Shown here piece after piece: positions 42,694 through 52,390 of a stretch of DNA of 64,000 nt. A model generated the notes under the pieces. The model saw nothing but the letters and a program-made list of their open reading frames with translations, did no database searches and was not told where the DNA came from. Origin of the DNA: a candidate division FCPU426 bacterium (GTDB lineage Bacteria; Oederibacteriota; Muellerivitia; Muellerivitales; Muellerivitaceae); NCBI GenBank assembly GCA_963796105.1, contig CAWCKJ010000015.1, positions 1 to 64,000 on the forward strand. Reading direction: 5' to 3'. Both the position numbers and the translations under genes were made by a program. The first letter of the stretch is position 1, and every line of letters starts with the position of its first letter.

Positions 42694-43896
42694 CTATCGG
42701 ATTACCTTTTCCAAAAAAGGCAACATAGTAATGACACCCGTTACAAAAATTAAAATGATGGTGATCCAATAGATGTATTTATTGATTCCTTTCAAGATAA
42801 AGTCGCCCATTAATTTTTTGTTGGAAGCAATCATTCCCAAAATGATCGCGGGCGCGATCAGCACGACAATCTGCAAAACCATCAAGTCAAGGGCAAGTTT
42901 GATGAGGTTGTAGGAAAAGAGCGGGATGATCACGGCAGGAAGCGATTCAACCAGATAAACCTTGAACCAGTGCTTCCGGCCCCAACCCATGGCCTCTGTT
43001 ACCCCCCAGCAACTCCCCAGGGAAATAACGATTAGGGCGATAAAGGACGCCGTAACGAGGCCGGTTCCAAACACGTAAGGGGCAAAATGCCCGGCCACCG
43101 AGGAGAGGCTTTGGGAGAGCCCTTTTGGAGACGTAAAATCCAAAACGGCGGCATCGATTCCGATCGCGGATACGGCTATGGCAACCATGATCAATTCAGA
43201 AAAAAGGGCACCCACCATGGTTTCAAATCGTATGGCCCAAAGACTGCTTTTGCCCGTGCCCTTTTCCGCCGTCGCGGACACTTGGTAAAAGAGCATAAAA
43301 GGCATGATCACGGCCCCGATATTGGCGGCCAGCATGAAAATAAAATCGGAGGACGTGGAGAAATAAAACGGAGTAAGCACAACGTTCCCGTTCCGGGCCG
43401 TCATAAAGGCTGCCACGATCCATACCACGGTAAAAATGACGGAGATGACAAGCAACGGCTTCTCCGCTTCCACATACTTCCTCTTATAAACCACGATCAC
43501 GTGGGCCAGGAAGGCGATGGGGATTGAAACCCAGGGAGATACACCCATCATCTCAAAGCCAACCGCGATGCCGGTATACTCAACGACATAACTGATGATA
43601 TCTACCAGAGCCATCGGTACGGCGCAAAACACCGCGACACGACGGCTGTAATTCTCCCGGATCAGTTCCCCGAGCCCTTTGCCCGAGACGGCCCCCACGC
43701 GACCCGCCACTTCCTGGATCACGTACAGAGGGAGAGTCAAAACCATAATGAACCAGACGAGTTTGGTGCCGTATTGTGCCCCGCTTTCGGCGGCGGTTAT
43801 GGCGCTGGCCGCATCTACATCCGCAATCATGACAAGCCAAGCCGGGCCCCACGTCTTTGCGATACGGCCCAATTTTTCCTTTAACTCCCTCACCAT
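42694..43896 (-). CDS. NRAMP-family divalent metal transporter
   Basis: GPAWLVMIADVDAAS, GKGLGELIRE, GAVIMPFMLFYQ; multiple TM helices. Confidence 0.88.
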   Translation of the reverse strand: MVRELKEKLGRIAKTWGPAWLVMIADVDAASAITAAESGAQYGTKLVWFIMVLTLPLYVIQEVAGRVGAVSGKGLGELIRENYSRRVAVFCAVPMALVDIISYVVEYTGIAVGFEMMGVSPWVSIPIAFLAHVIVVYKRKYVEAEKPLLVISVIFTVVWIVAAFMTARNGNVVLTPFYFSTSSDFIFMLAANIGAVIMPFMLFYQVSATAEKGTGKSSLWAIRFETMVGALFSELIMVAIAVSAIGIDAAVLDFTSPKGLSQSLSSVAGHFAPYVFGTGLVTASFIALIVISLGSCWGVTEAMGWGRKHWFKVYLVESLPAVIIPLFSYNLIKLALDLMVLQIVVLIAPAIILGMIASNKKLMGDFILKGINKYIYWITIILIFVTGVITMLPFLEKVIR

Positions 43897-43950
43897 GACG
43901 CGGCCTCGTTTCCACAAATAATTCGTCCACCAACTCAACCCCGCAAGTCT

Positions 43951-43969
43951 AATGATAACCATTCTCAAC
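43951..43969. promoter_or_regulatory. Fur-type box upstream of NRAMP gene
   Basis: AATGATAACCATTCTCAAC, close to the TGATAATnATTATCA consensus. Confidence 0.7.
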
Positions 43970-44072
43970 TATAAGACGTATGACTTACGTCACACTCCTT
44001 CGAAGAGACCACCAGCTTCGTTCAAATAATTCTTGTCCGATGAACCACCGGACGGTCAGGTCCGGCTTTCAT

Positions 44073-44106
44073 AAAAAAGCCAGAAAAGCATTTCGCTTTT
44101 CTGGCC
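44073..44106 (-). terminator. intrinsic terminator after ferritin gene
   Basis: GCCAGAAAAGCGAAATGCTTTTCTGGC followed by T6 on the minus strand. Confidence 0.8.
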
Positions 44107-44145
44107 AAACTCTTCGAAACCTGTTCGCTTAAGGTTATTAAAAAT

Positions 44146-44649
44146 CTATTTGGACACCTTAGTGGGAACCTTCCGTCCGATTTCCTGGTCCGCGAAGAAA
44201 AGATCCCGCCCGTTGTCGCCGATTCTTGTCAGCATTTCCACCACTCCCGTTAGGAAAGACTCTTCGTTCTGCTGTTCCGCCAGGAAGGGTTGAAGAAAGG
44301 TAAAAGTAAAATAATCCTTGTTTTCCATGGCGATTCCGGCCACGTCATTCACAAAACGGGTCATTTCATTCTCGTTTTTGAGGGTTAATTCAAAAACATC
44401 CTGGAGGCTCTTAAAATCACCAGGGGGAGCCTGTACACCGGGAACGATAGGTTGGACTTTTTTCTCGTTCATATACTGGTGCACCCGCAGCATGTGCCCC
44501 CTCTCGTCATCCGATTGGCGATAGAAAAATGAAGCCGACCCATGGAAACCCTGGTTCACGCACCAAGTCGCCATCGCTAAATAATAATGCGAGTTGTACG
44601 CTTCTTTCACGATCTGATCGTTCAAGGCCTTTTGCACGCTTTTCTCCAC
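44146..44649 (-). CDS. ftnA: non-haem ferritin
   Basis: LNDQIVKE..SHYYLAMA.W, QSDDERGHM, EQQNEE. Confidence 0.88.
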   Translation of the reverse strand: MEKSVQKALNDQIVKEAYNSHYYLAMATWCVNQGFHGSASFFYRQSDDERGHMLRVHQYMNEKKVQPIVPGVQAPPGDFKSLQDVFELTLKNENEMTRFVNDVAGIAMENKDYFTFTFLQPFLAEQQNEESFLTGVVEMLTRIGDNGRDLFFADQEIGRKVPTKVSK

Positions 44650-44763
44650 GGGTTTCTCCTTGCTTTTATAGGGCGATGCTCGGGCCGGTGGTCCGGCTTG
44701 GGCCCAGGCAAATCTCAGCCTAGCCCAGGTTCATTCCCATTTGATAGCCCTGCGGCGACCTTT

Positions 44764-46095
44764 CTACTCAAAAAGCTCCTGGCCGATGTATTTCCCCGGC
44801 TGAGCCCCCGGCGGGCAGGCGAAGATGCCGCTGCCCACGTGGGTCAAAAACTGGTTCATCATGTCGAAGCGCGACATTTTTTCAAACATCGGGATAAAGG
44901 CCTTGCGGGGGTCTTTTTGATAGCACTGGAACAGAAGGCCCGCGTCCATTTCCATGCCCTGCCGCCAGGGCGGCCACCGTTCGGCGGTAAAAACCAGGTT
45001 ATTGTCATAGGAATAAGCCCGGCGAAGCATCTGAGCACCGTTATTTTCCTCGGGAGCGCCTAGCCTGGCATGGGAGTTTTCGGGGATCACGGGGTTCCCT
45101 TCCTTGTCGTTAGCGGCCAAATCCAATTTGTCGTTTTCGTTCTGACCGGTGAGGGGGGCCCCCGAATACTTTTTACGCCCCACAGTTTGTTCTTGGAAAG
45201 ACTTTTTCATCCGATCCCAATGTTCCAGGGCGATTCGGATTGGCCTTACCACCATATAGGCCCCCCCGCGCATCCATGCAGGCCCCTCTTGACCCACCCA
45301 AACGAATTTATCCATGGCTACGGGGTCGTCGGTCTTTGGATTCATGGTGCCATCCTTGAAACCCATCAAATTGCGCGGGGTTTGTCCTTTGGGTGTCTTG
45401 GGCACGAAACCGTTTTGTTCCCACCGTAAAGTCGCTACGCCATCCGCCAAGCGAGTTAATTGACGCACTGCGTGCAAAGCTACCTCGGCGTCATCTGAAC
45501 AGGCTTGAACCGAGAGGTCGCCACCGGTGTGGCTCTCAATTAACTGTTCTCCCGGAAAACGGGGCAGGTCAACGAGAGCGGTAGGGCGATGCCCTGCCAA
45601 CCCATAGCGGTCCTTCCCGTCCTTGACGAATATTCCCGGCCCGAAACCAAAGGTAATGGTCAGCCGGCCTGGGGAAATATCCAGAACATCGCCCGAATCC
45701 CCCGGGACTTGTTGCGGATCGGTCCCCAGGTCCTGACCGGTTTTACCACTGGTCATCCGCTCGGAGGATTTAGTCCAGCTTTTCAATAGGGCAATGAGTT
45801 GCTTACGGTCTTTTGCGGTAAGGTCGAACACCGCGAAACAGGTATAGGTTTGCATCGGCGTGAGAATGCCCCCCTGATGGCTGCCATTGAAAGACTCGAT
45901 CTCGGAGGCTGGAAAATCGTTCGCTTCGGGTACCGCGTCTTGTTCGCTGACAGAAGCCCCGGGGGGCAAATCCTGGTCCGTGACGGCTGTCGCCGGGGAG
46001 GCATAGTCGTTGTCCGTTCCCGCACGACAAAACGGTGCCCCCCAAAAAACACTGACAGCAATCAACACAGAAAACGTGATATGGGATTTTTTCAT
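44764..46095 (-). CDS. Dyp-type peroxidase (EfeB-like)
   Basis: GGDLSVQACSDD, RNLMGFKDGT, HARL, LRRAYSY. Confidence 0.9.
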   Translation of the reverse strand: MKKSHITFSVLIAVSVFWGAPFCRAGTDNDYASPATAVTDQDLPPGASVSEQDAVPEANDFPASEIESFNGSHQGGILTPMQTYTCFAVFDLTAKDRKQLIALLKSWTKSSERMTSGKTGQDLGTDPQQVPGDSGDVLDISPGRLTITFGFGPGIFVKDGKDRYGLAGHRPTALVDLPRFPGEQLIESHTGGDLSVQACSDDAEVALHAVRQLTRLADGVATLRWEQNGFVPKTPKGQTPRNLMGFKDGTMNPKTDDPVAMDKFVWVGQEGPAWMRGGAYMVVRPIRIALEHWDRMKKSFQEQTVGRKKYSGAPLTGQNENDKLDLAANDKEGNPVIPENSHARLGAPEENNGAQMLRRAYSYDNNLVFTAERWPPWRQGMEMDAGLLFQCYQKDPRKAFIPMFEKMSRFDMMNQFLTHVGSGIFACPPGAQPGKYIGQELFE

Positions 46096-47336
46096 GGGAT
46101 AGCTTCCATCAGCGTATTGGTATCGTCCTGGACATAGTAGAAACCCGTGCCTTCCGGCGCCATGGCTAGGCCAAAGAGATCTCCGTTACCTGGGGGGGTC
46201 TGGGCCTGATCGGGGTCGATCCACTGTGCGTAGATCTGTTGGCCCGTGACCGGGTCCACTTCCACGGCCTTGCCGTCCTTGCCGTTACAAACCAACAAAT
46301 GGCCCTCGGGGGTCATGACCATCGCGAGAGGCCAGGCCAATTGCCCGTTTTGAGTGACGACTTTTCCTGTACCGGCGCTATCCGCGCGGGTAGCCGGGTC
46401 TGAAATAGCAGCGATGAGATTGTCCAAGCCATCGGTCACATAAAGAGTTTTCTGGTCCTGTGAAAGCACCAAGCCCGTGGGGCCAAACAGGAAATTGTTC
46501 CGGTCTGCGCGTTGCGAAAAGCCGCTCCCAATAACGGTCTGATCAACCAACACGGGAGGCTTGCCATCTTCGATGGATAACTTGAGCCGCAAAACGGTTG
46601 AACTGTGCAAAATAGGCGGATAGCCCGTCTTGGGATCGGTCACATCAGGCCCAGGCACATCAAATCCAGCCATGCTGATGAACAACATCGCGCTGTCGCC
46701 GTTATCGATCACCGCCATGTCACCCCAGGGGCCATTGATGGTCTTGTCGGTCCAAACCGAGACCAAGTGGCCTTTTGGATCCAAGACCAAAAGGCAGCCG
46801 TCCCCTTTTGTCTTAGTCGTTCCATCCGTGCTAGGCATGCTACCCACGATGACCCAACCGCTCTTGAGCATAGCCATCGCAGTCGTCAAACCCACGCCTA
46901 CCGGGCTTTGAGGCAGTTTTTGGGGAATCGTCGCGAAGAGGGTCATTTTTTTGGTCGAGGGCCGGTAATCCATCAAGGTCGTGCCGGTGCCTTGAAGATT
47001 GGAAATGGCGTTAAAGTTAGAGACGAGAACGTCTCCCTTTTCAATTATTCCCGCCGAGACTGGCGCCACGATGACAGCGTAAGGATTCACATCCCCGTTA
47101 TCCGGAATGGTGGAACCCAGGGTAATGTGCTTATGAAGGGTTTCTAAGAACCCCTTTCGGCCATTGGCCTGAACGGTCGGTGTGGGCCCGGAGGGCAGGA
47201 CGGTTGCCGTGGATTGGGAGGCCGCATCCGACCCATAATCCCCCCCGTCACCTGAGCTTCTGGACGCCGACATGGAAGGCGCCGTCACAAGGGCTCCAAT
47301 CAATAAAAAGAATGTGGTGGTTTGTTTCAGTTTCAT
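46092..47336 (-). CDS. secreted beta-propeller (NHL-like) protein
   Basis: Signal peptide; repeated NPY/GPW/GPTGL/WPLAM blades; ATGA overlap with the DyP gene. Confidence 0.7.
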   Translation of the reverse strand: MKLKQTTTFFLLIGALVTAPSMSASRSSGDGGDYGSDAASQSTATVLPSGPTPTVQANGRKGFLETLHKHITLGSTIPDNGDVNPYAVIVAPVSAGIIEKGDVLVSNFNAISNLQGTGTTLMDYRPSTKKMTLFATIPQKLPQSPVGVGLTTAMAMLKSGWVIVGSMPSTDGTTKTKGDGCLLVLDPKGHLVSVWTDKTINGPWGDMAVIDNGDSAMLFISMAGFDVPGPDVTDPKTGYPPILHSSTVLRLKLSIEDGKPPVLVDQTVIGSGFSQRADRNNFLFGPTGLVLSQDQKTLYVTDGLDNLIAAISDPATRADSAGTGKVVTQNGQLAWPLAMVMTPEGHLLVCNGKDGKAVEVDPVTGQQIYAQWIDPDQAQTPPGNGDLFGLAMAPEGTGFYYVQDDTNTLMEAIP

Positions 47337-47361
47337 TTTTTCTCCTTTTTTATACTTCGGA

Positions 47362-48831
47362 TCACAATTGCAAAATACTGCGAACACCCACAACCAATTC
47401 ATTGTTGATGAGTTGTCCCGGCGCGTTGGGGTTTTCTATGCCGCCCGCCGGGTTAAAAACGTACTGTAGATCGGGCTGAAGTTGGAACCATGTAAAGACA
47501 AAATATTGATAGGTTGCTTCAATAAATGTCTCACCCGAAGGCTGCGGGTTAAAGGTGCCTGGATTAAAAGAACCCGTATCCGACGCCAAACCTGCCAATG
47601 CGGGGCTGAGATGGGCATAGCCCATTCCCAGTCCAAAAACATCGTCAGTGCGATAAGTAAATGGGTCTTTGAGTATTAAGCCAAAGTTCGCGCTGAAGTC
47701 CACCGAGTTACGGTCCGAGGGAGCCCACATGGCCCGGGCGAATAAACTTAAAGTACGGTTCGGATCTTTTCCACTTCGCCAGATCATTTGATCGCCTACC
47801 CCATAGATGGAGTAATCGCCCATATGATTTTGCGGATTGCCGTCGCTATTGGGATCAGCCAAGGACAAACCCTGGTCATCGTAACGCAAGTCCGCGAAAT
47901 TCTCGGTGTTGTACCAAGCGCCTAACCTGTAGGTGCCCGAGAGGGCGGGAGTAGAGCTGTAAACCATATCGCCAAGGGCTGGAAATGAATATTGCAGTTC
48001 GGCTATGGCCAACATCCCGCCATTGAGCGGGAAACTTAACCCGTATTTGTCCTCCTGCTGGGAGTCGCCGCCGGATAAAGGCGACGGACTGCCATTGAAC
48101 ACCCCAGAGAGGATCTTGATCGAATCCGTTGCTTTCCATTGAAGTCGCGCCCCCAAGTCGGATAGTGGATAAGCGGGACCACCACCCGGCAGGTCGGCTG
48201 AAGGCAACATGGGCCAGCCGAACATGGTATTGACGAAATAAGTGGCGTTGATGCTGTCCATGAATTCCTGGTCTAGACTTTGTTGGCCTACCTTGAAGTC
48301 GAGGCGGCTCACCCCGCTATCGTCATAAAACTTCTGGTCATACCAAATCTCCCAAAAGCGGAAACCGTCTTCCGCCTCAATGCCACTGGCGGTTTGAAGG
48401 TTGCTGAGGTTCTGCTGGCTTAAATTCACACCGTGAACATTCAAGCCACTGATGTTCAATAGCCCGCCAGGCAGCCGAAAAGCCCGAGCCGTGTCGAGTT
48501 GGAGTACAGCTTGGGTTAACCCGTCATAGGTGCCACCCTGTTGGATTCCTCCTGTCAAATTACCCAGAACCTCGCTGGTTTCTTGAAGACTCAGGGACAT
48601 ACCGTTACTGCTCAACCATTTGCGAAAACCCCAGAGGTCACCGAAAAGATAGCTGCTGCGGCCAATCCCATCCAAGAAACTGAAAAATCCTTCCGAAGGA
48701 TTTGACAGGCTGGTGTAGTCAACTGGTACTGAAATGGGAGGTGGCGCGGCGAAAGACGTGCCCGATCTGATCCAGAAAAAGAAAGTCAAAAAGATGATGA
48801 CCACTAATGTTTTAGAAGATCTCTTCGTCAT
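47362..48831 (-). CDS. OprB-family porin
   Basis: GQQSLDQEF, FGWP.LPS.DLPGGGPAYP, QPDLQYVFNP. Confidence 0.88.
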   Translation of the reverse strand: MTKRSSKTLVVIIFLTFFFWIRSGTSFAAPPPISVPVDYTSLSNPSEGFFSFLDGIGRSSYLFGDLWGFRKWLSSNGMSLSLQETSEVLGNLTGGIQQGGTYDGLTQAVLQLDTARAFRLPGGLLNISGLNVHGVNLSQQNLSNLQTASGIEAEDGFRFWEIWYDQKFYDDSGVSRLDFKVGQQSLDQEFMDSINATYFVNTMFGWPMLPSADLPGGGPAYPLSDLGARLQWKATDSIKILSGVFNGSPSPLSGGDSQQEDKYGLSFPLNGGMLAIAELQYSFPALGDMVYSSTPALSGTYRLGAWYNTENFADLRYDDQGLSLADPNSDGNPQNHMGDYSIYGVGDQMIWRSGKDPNRTLSLFARAMWAPSDRNSVDFSANFGLILKDPFTYRTDDVFGLGMGYAHLSPALAGLASDTGSFNPGTFNPQPSGETFIEATYQYFVFTWFQLQPDLQYVFNPAGGIENPNAPGQLINNELVVGVRSILQL

Positions 48832-48932
48832 TTCAGGTCTCTTTCAATTCAAGGAAAGAATCGACTTTCGTTGAATGACAAAATCAGATTCACCACATTG
48901 CCCATCACAAAAAAGCCACCTATCGGTTTAAA

Positions 48933-48988
48933 TAAAAAAAACCAGGTAATGGCTTTCACCTCCCTGGCTTGCGGTTAAGCTGGCTGGG
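48933..48988 (-). terminator. intrinsic terminator/attenuator with AGCCAG repeats in porin leader
   Basis: Minus strand: CCCAGCCAGC-TTAA-CCGCAAGCCAGGGAGGTGAAAGCCATTACCTGG-TTTTTTTT; homologous to 42384-42443. Confidence 0.72.
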
Positions 48989-49048
48989 TTTTTACAAGAT
49001 GAAGTGGGTTTGTTCGTAACTAAAAGTCCAAACTTGGCTTAACATCGT

Positions 49049-49073
49049 CTAGTTGAGAATCATTATCAACTAG
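49049..49073. promoter_or_regulatory. Fur-type box
   Basis: CTAGTTGAGAATCATTATCAACTAG, near-perfect dyad. Confidence 0.78.
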
Positions 49074-49127
49074 AGCTTGTTCCTGTCAACTAAATACTTT
49101 TCTTATAAACCTTTGTGGAAAACTAAA

Positions 49128-51308
49128 TTAAATCCGTAATTTCAAGGTCGTCCGAAGGGAAAAAGGCTCCACGGGATGGAACATATAGTCATTCACTGGT
49201 TCCGATTCCCCCTTTAACTGGGTGGCGTAGTAGTAAGTAATATCATCATCCTGGGCGTTGAAAAGGTTGAAGACGGCGAATTCCAATGAAGCGTCCCCCT
49301 GGGTATATTCCGCTGTGGCATTTACGAGTAGTGTTGGTTGGGATTGTTCGCTGCCATCTTCCACTAGATACCGGGGACCAAAGTATCGAACCCGCATTCC
49401 CCATTGAAAACCCTTTGGGATACGTACTGATAGCCCTGCACTTATCACATCCCCCACCGCCTCGGGAACATAATTGGCACCTGTTGGATCATCTACGAAA
49501 TGTGCCTCGCTGGTGGATAGGTCCGCATCCAATGTCACCCAATCTACTGGACGCCAATCGTTCGCCCATTCGATCCCCATTCTTCGGCTGGGACCGGCAG
49601 GGTCGGTTGTCCCTGTGTCACCGTCGAACACCAGTTCAGAGTTAAGGTCCAATAGCCAAAAAGAAACGGTGCTTCTTAAATTAGGGATGGATTCGCACCT
49701 TATCCCAACTTCTGCACCTCTCGACTGTACCAAGGGCGTGACGGGAGAGACCGGAGTCGTCACAGGGCCGCCATTCATCGTTGTCACGTCCTCCGTTTCC
49801 ACCGTTCCCCGACCATCATTTGAGTGGAAATCAAAACCACCGCTCAAATAGGCTTCTGTCCCTCCCCATGGTCCGAAAACCAAGTTGGCCTTAGGGGACA
49901 AGAGGGAGCCAGTGGTGACGCCCGAGTTTCCAGGGATATTCGCGTTGACGTCCCAGTAGTAAAGGTCGCCTCTTAAACCAATCGTAGTCCGAAACCAGTC
50001 GCCCCAATGGGTCGAGTTGGAAACATATAGAGCGCCTTTTGCTTGGGCCACCGAATCATCTGAATCGGTTGAAAAGCGAGTCCGATTTTCTGTGTTGAAA
50101 AGCCCGATCTCGTTGATGAGATCATCCCGGATCTGGACTCCCGCAGTCGTGCGGGAATCGGCTCCCAAAAGGGTATGGACCCAGCTTTGGGTTGCCTGTC
50201 CGCCCAGAATGGAACGGTCATCCAATTGTTCGAACTGGTCCCCCTGGACCGGGTTGTTCATATAGAAGGTGAAGTCGCTGAAAAGATCGAAGTAAGACCG
50301 CACGTAATAGGCCTGCACGGTGACCGGGAACGAAGAGTCTCCTCCCCGCCATTCGACAGCAAGGCTCCATCGGTATTCTTTCCCCCCATCGCTTGGATTG
50401 AGACTTCCAAAACGATCGATGATACCTTCGTCAACGGCCCTTTCCGGGATCTGGTTGGTCCCATTCCAATCCCCTTCATATCCTGTTCCCGTTATGTCCC
50501 ATCCCTGGGCTTCTGTCCCCGTGCTGTAGCGCATGAATGCGTTATATTTTTTGTAGTTCTCCGGCACGTCCCAAGGGCCGTCCGTATGCTCTGTTTCCAT
50601 GGCGTAGGTGAGACTGTCCGAACCCAATTTTAAAAAATCGGCTGCTATTGCCCGCTGATAGCCGAAATCTCCCAGGGTCACATCGGCGATTGCGTAGGGA
50701 AGGTTCCTAAAAGTCCGTATCTGGGCCGCTCCCGACGAGGAAAAATCCCCTTCCTCGGCGTAATAAGGCCCCTTTTTATATTCAACGCTGTCTATCAGTT
50801 CGGGCATCAGGAAATTTAGATCCATGTAACCTTGGCCGTGGGCCTGGGTGGGCAAGTTCATGGGCACCCCGTCCACGAAGGTCGAAAAGTCTGTCCCGTG
50901 GTCCAGGTTGAAGCCCCGCAGGAAATACTGATTGGCTTTCCCATCGCCCGAGTGCTGGGTCACGATCAGGCCGGGTACATTTTCCATGACTTCACCGGGA
51001 CGAAGAAGAGGCCGAAGTCCTAGGTCCTCCTGGTCCACATAACCTTCGCTGGCCGTGTCAGCGGTTCCCACCAGATTTTCGGATCGGCCAATGACAATTA
51101 CCTCCGGCAATTGAATAATGGATTTGTCTGTCGCTGGAGTTGTTTTCAACGGGCTTGGGGTACTCATTGGCGTAGGTGTAAACGAGGAAACATTTTCCAT
51201 CGTCTGCGCCTGTATTTGCGTATATAAAGCAAGTACAAGAAGCAAAACCATTCTTTTCACAAATGCAATAAGTCGTCCAATTCTTCGAAAAACCATTAGT
51301 GACCCCAT
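49128..51308 (-). CDS. TonB-dependent receptor (probable nickel/metal uptake)
   Basis: VTQHSGDGKANQYFLRGFNLDHGTD, HGQGY.DLN, KGPYYAE; adjacent to nikR. Confidence 0.88.
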   Translation of the reverse strand: MGSLMVFRRIGRLIAFVKRMVLLLVLALYTQIQAQTMENVSSFTPTPMSTPSPLKTTPATDKSIIQLPEVIVIGRSENLVGTADTASEGYVDQEDLGLRPLLRPGEVMENVPGLIVTQHSGDGKANQYFLRGFNLDHGTDFSTFVDGVPMNLPTQAHGQGYMDLNFLMPELIDSVEYKKGPYYAEEGDFSSSGAAQIRTFRNLPYAIADVTLGDFGYQRAIAADFLKLGSDSLTYAMETEHTDGPWDVPENYKKYNAFMRYSTGTEAQGWDITGTGYEGDWNGTNQIPERAVDEGIIDRFGSLNPSDGGKEYRWSLAVEWRGGDSSFPVTVQAYYVRSYFDLFSDFTFYMNNPVQGDQFEQLDDRSILGGQATQSWVHTLLGADSRTTAGVQIRDDLINEIGLFNTENRTRFSTDSDDSVAQAKGALYVSNSTHWGDWFRTTIGLRGDLYYWDVNANIPGNSGVTTGSLLSPKANLVFGPWGGTEAYLSGGFDFHSNDGRGTVETEDVTTMNGGPVTTPVSPVTPLVQSRGAEVGIRCESIPNLRSTVSFWLLDLNSELVFDGDTGTTDPAGPSRRMGIEWANDWRPVDWVTLDADLSTSEAHFVDDPTGANYVPEAVGDVISAGLSVRIPKGFQWGMRVRYFGPRYLVEDGSEQSQPTLLVNATAEYTQGDASLEFAVFNLFNAQDDDITYYYATQLKGESEPVNDYMFHPVEPFSLRTTLKLRI

Positions 51309-51311
51309 GTT

Positions 51312-51338
51312 GTAATACTAATATTTTATTCGTAATAC
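51312..51338. promoter_or_regulatory. candidate NikR operator
   Basis: GTAATAC-N13-GTAATAC (imperfect dyad) with AT-rich spacer immediately upstream of the receptor. Confidence 0.55.
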
Positions 51339-51355
51339 TTCTAAAACAAAAAAAA

Positions 51356-51769
51356 TTACAACTTCTGTCCCGTCGAACTTATGGAAAGAGCCGCGTGAAG
51401 AACACCTTTCTCTTGGCGCATGTGGTTAAACAGGTGCCGAATATCGACCGCTTTTCCTTTTGTCATTATCATCTCGGCGCAGATTCGCTCGTCTAAATGA
51501 ACATGAGTACAGGCTAATACCTTGGCCGCGTGGTGGTGCTGAACTTCAATAAGTTTCTCGCTTAATCGCCGCTTATGGTGATCGTACAGGAGGGAGATAG
51601 TACCGAGTGCTTCACCGTCTGTTTCCCATTCATCCGCCACCAATTTCCCCCGTACCAAATCGCGAATGAACTCGGAACGGTTTTCATATTGGCTTTCCTT
51701 AATCATCTTTTCGAGTTTATCTGCTAGTGGTTTCTCGATGGAAAAACTAAAACGGCTAAGTTGGGGCAT
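51356..51769 (-). CDS. nikR: nickel-responsive regulator
   Basis: RFSFS RHH strand, NRSEFIRDL, YDHH, THVHLD..CAE. Confidence 0.95.
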   Translation of the reverse strand: MPQLSRFSFSIEKPLADKLEKMIKESQYENRSEFIRDLVRGKLVADEWETDGEALGTISLLYDHHKRRLSEKLIEVQHHHAAKVLACTHVHLDERICAEMIMTKGKAVDIRHLFNHMRQEKGVLHAALSISSTGQKL

Positions 51770-51931
51770 GGGGAACAACCTCCGAACGGGTCGAGTTTAT
51801 TCAGCGAAAATATTGAGCCTTATGAGAATAATCATACGATTTATTTATTTTTCATACCGGTAATCGGTTATCACAATTACCCGCGCTTCCTCTTCGGTTA
51901 GAAACCCCTCAACAATCATTAATATCTCCTC

Positions 51932-52101
51932 AAAAATCCCCATTTAAATGCAAACCAGCCCCTCTAATAATCGTTCGCCCCAAAAGCAACAAAGACTCGT
52001 TTAATAAAAAGAAGCTCGATGAATGACAAGCGGTTGTCGTTTATACCGCTACTCAAATTCCACCGAGCAGCTGTATTTCACTTGTCATAAGGTTGTCATT
52101 C
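51932..52101. repeat. non-coding boundary repeat, copy 3
   Basis: Shares blocks with 22878-22910, 23200-23234 and 9688-9715. Confidence 0.7.
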
Positions 52102-52155
52102 AAAGCCATTTTCAGCACTTTTTTACATCCCAAAACCATCCCTGACCATCCAAAC

Positions 52156-52198
52156 AAAAAAAGCCTCCGCCCGAAAAAATTTTCGGACGGAGGCTTCT
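52156..52198 (-). terminator. intrinsic terminator downstream of tRNA-Thr
   Basis: AAGCCTCCGTCCGAAAA...TTCGGGCGGAGGCTTTTTTT. Confidence 0.85.
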
Positions 52199-52268
52199 GA
52201 AATCCGCACGGGACAATGTTTTTAGCGACTTTACAACCAAAAACAACGACCCTGCAAAAAGTAAAAAA

Positions 52269-52344
52269 TGGAGCTGGGGACCGGGATCGGACCGGCGACC
52301 TGCTGTTTACGAAACAGCTGCTCTACCAGCTGAGCTACCCCAGC
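52269..52344 (-). tRNA. tRNA-Thr (CGT)
   Basis: 76-nt cloverleaf GCTGGGG...CCCCAGCTCCA; anticodon arm GCTGT-TTCGTAA-ACAGC; T-loop reads TCCGATC. Confidence 0.95.
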
Positions 52345-52390
52345 TTCTGTCCAAAACTTGTTTGTCTGTAACGTAAACAAACGACGCAAC

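Noticed and set aside
43897..44140. yybP-ykoY, M-box or NiCo riboswitch before the NRAMP gene
   Set aside because: No consensus recognised; the region is explained by the ferritin terminator and a Fur box, and it lacks the doubled AGCCAG of the other two leaders
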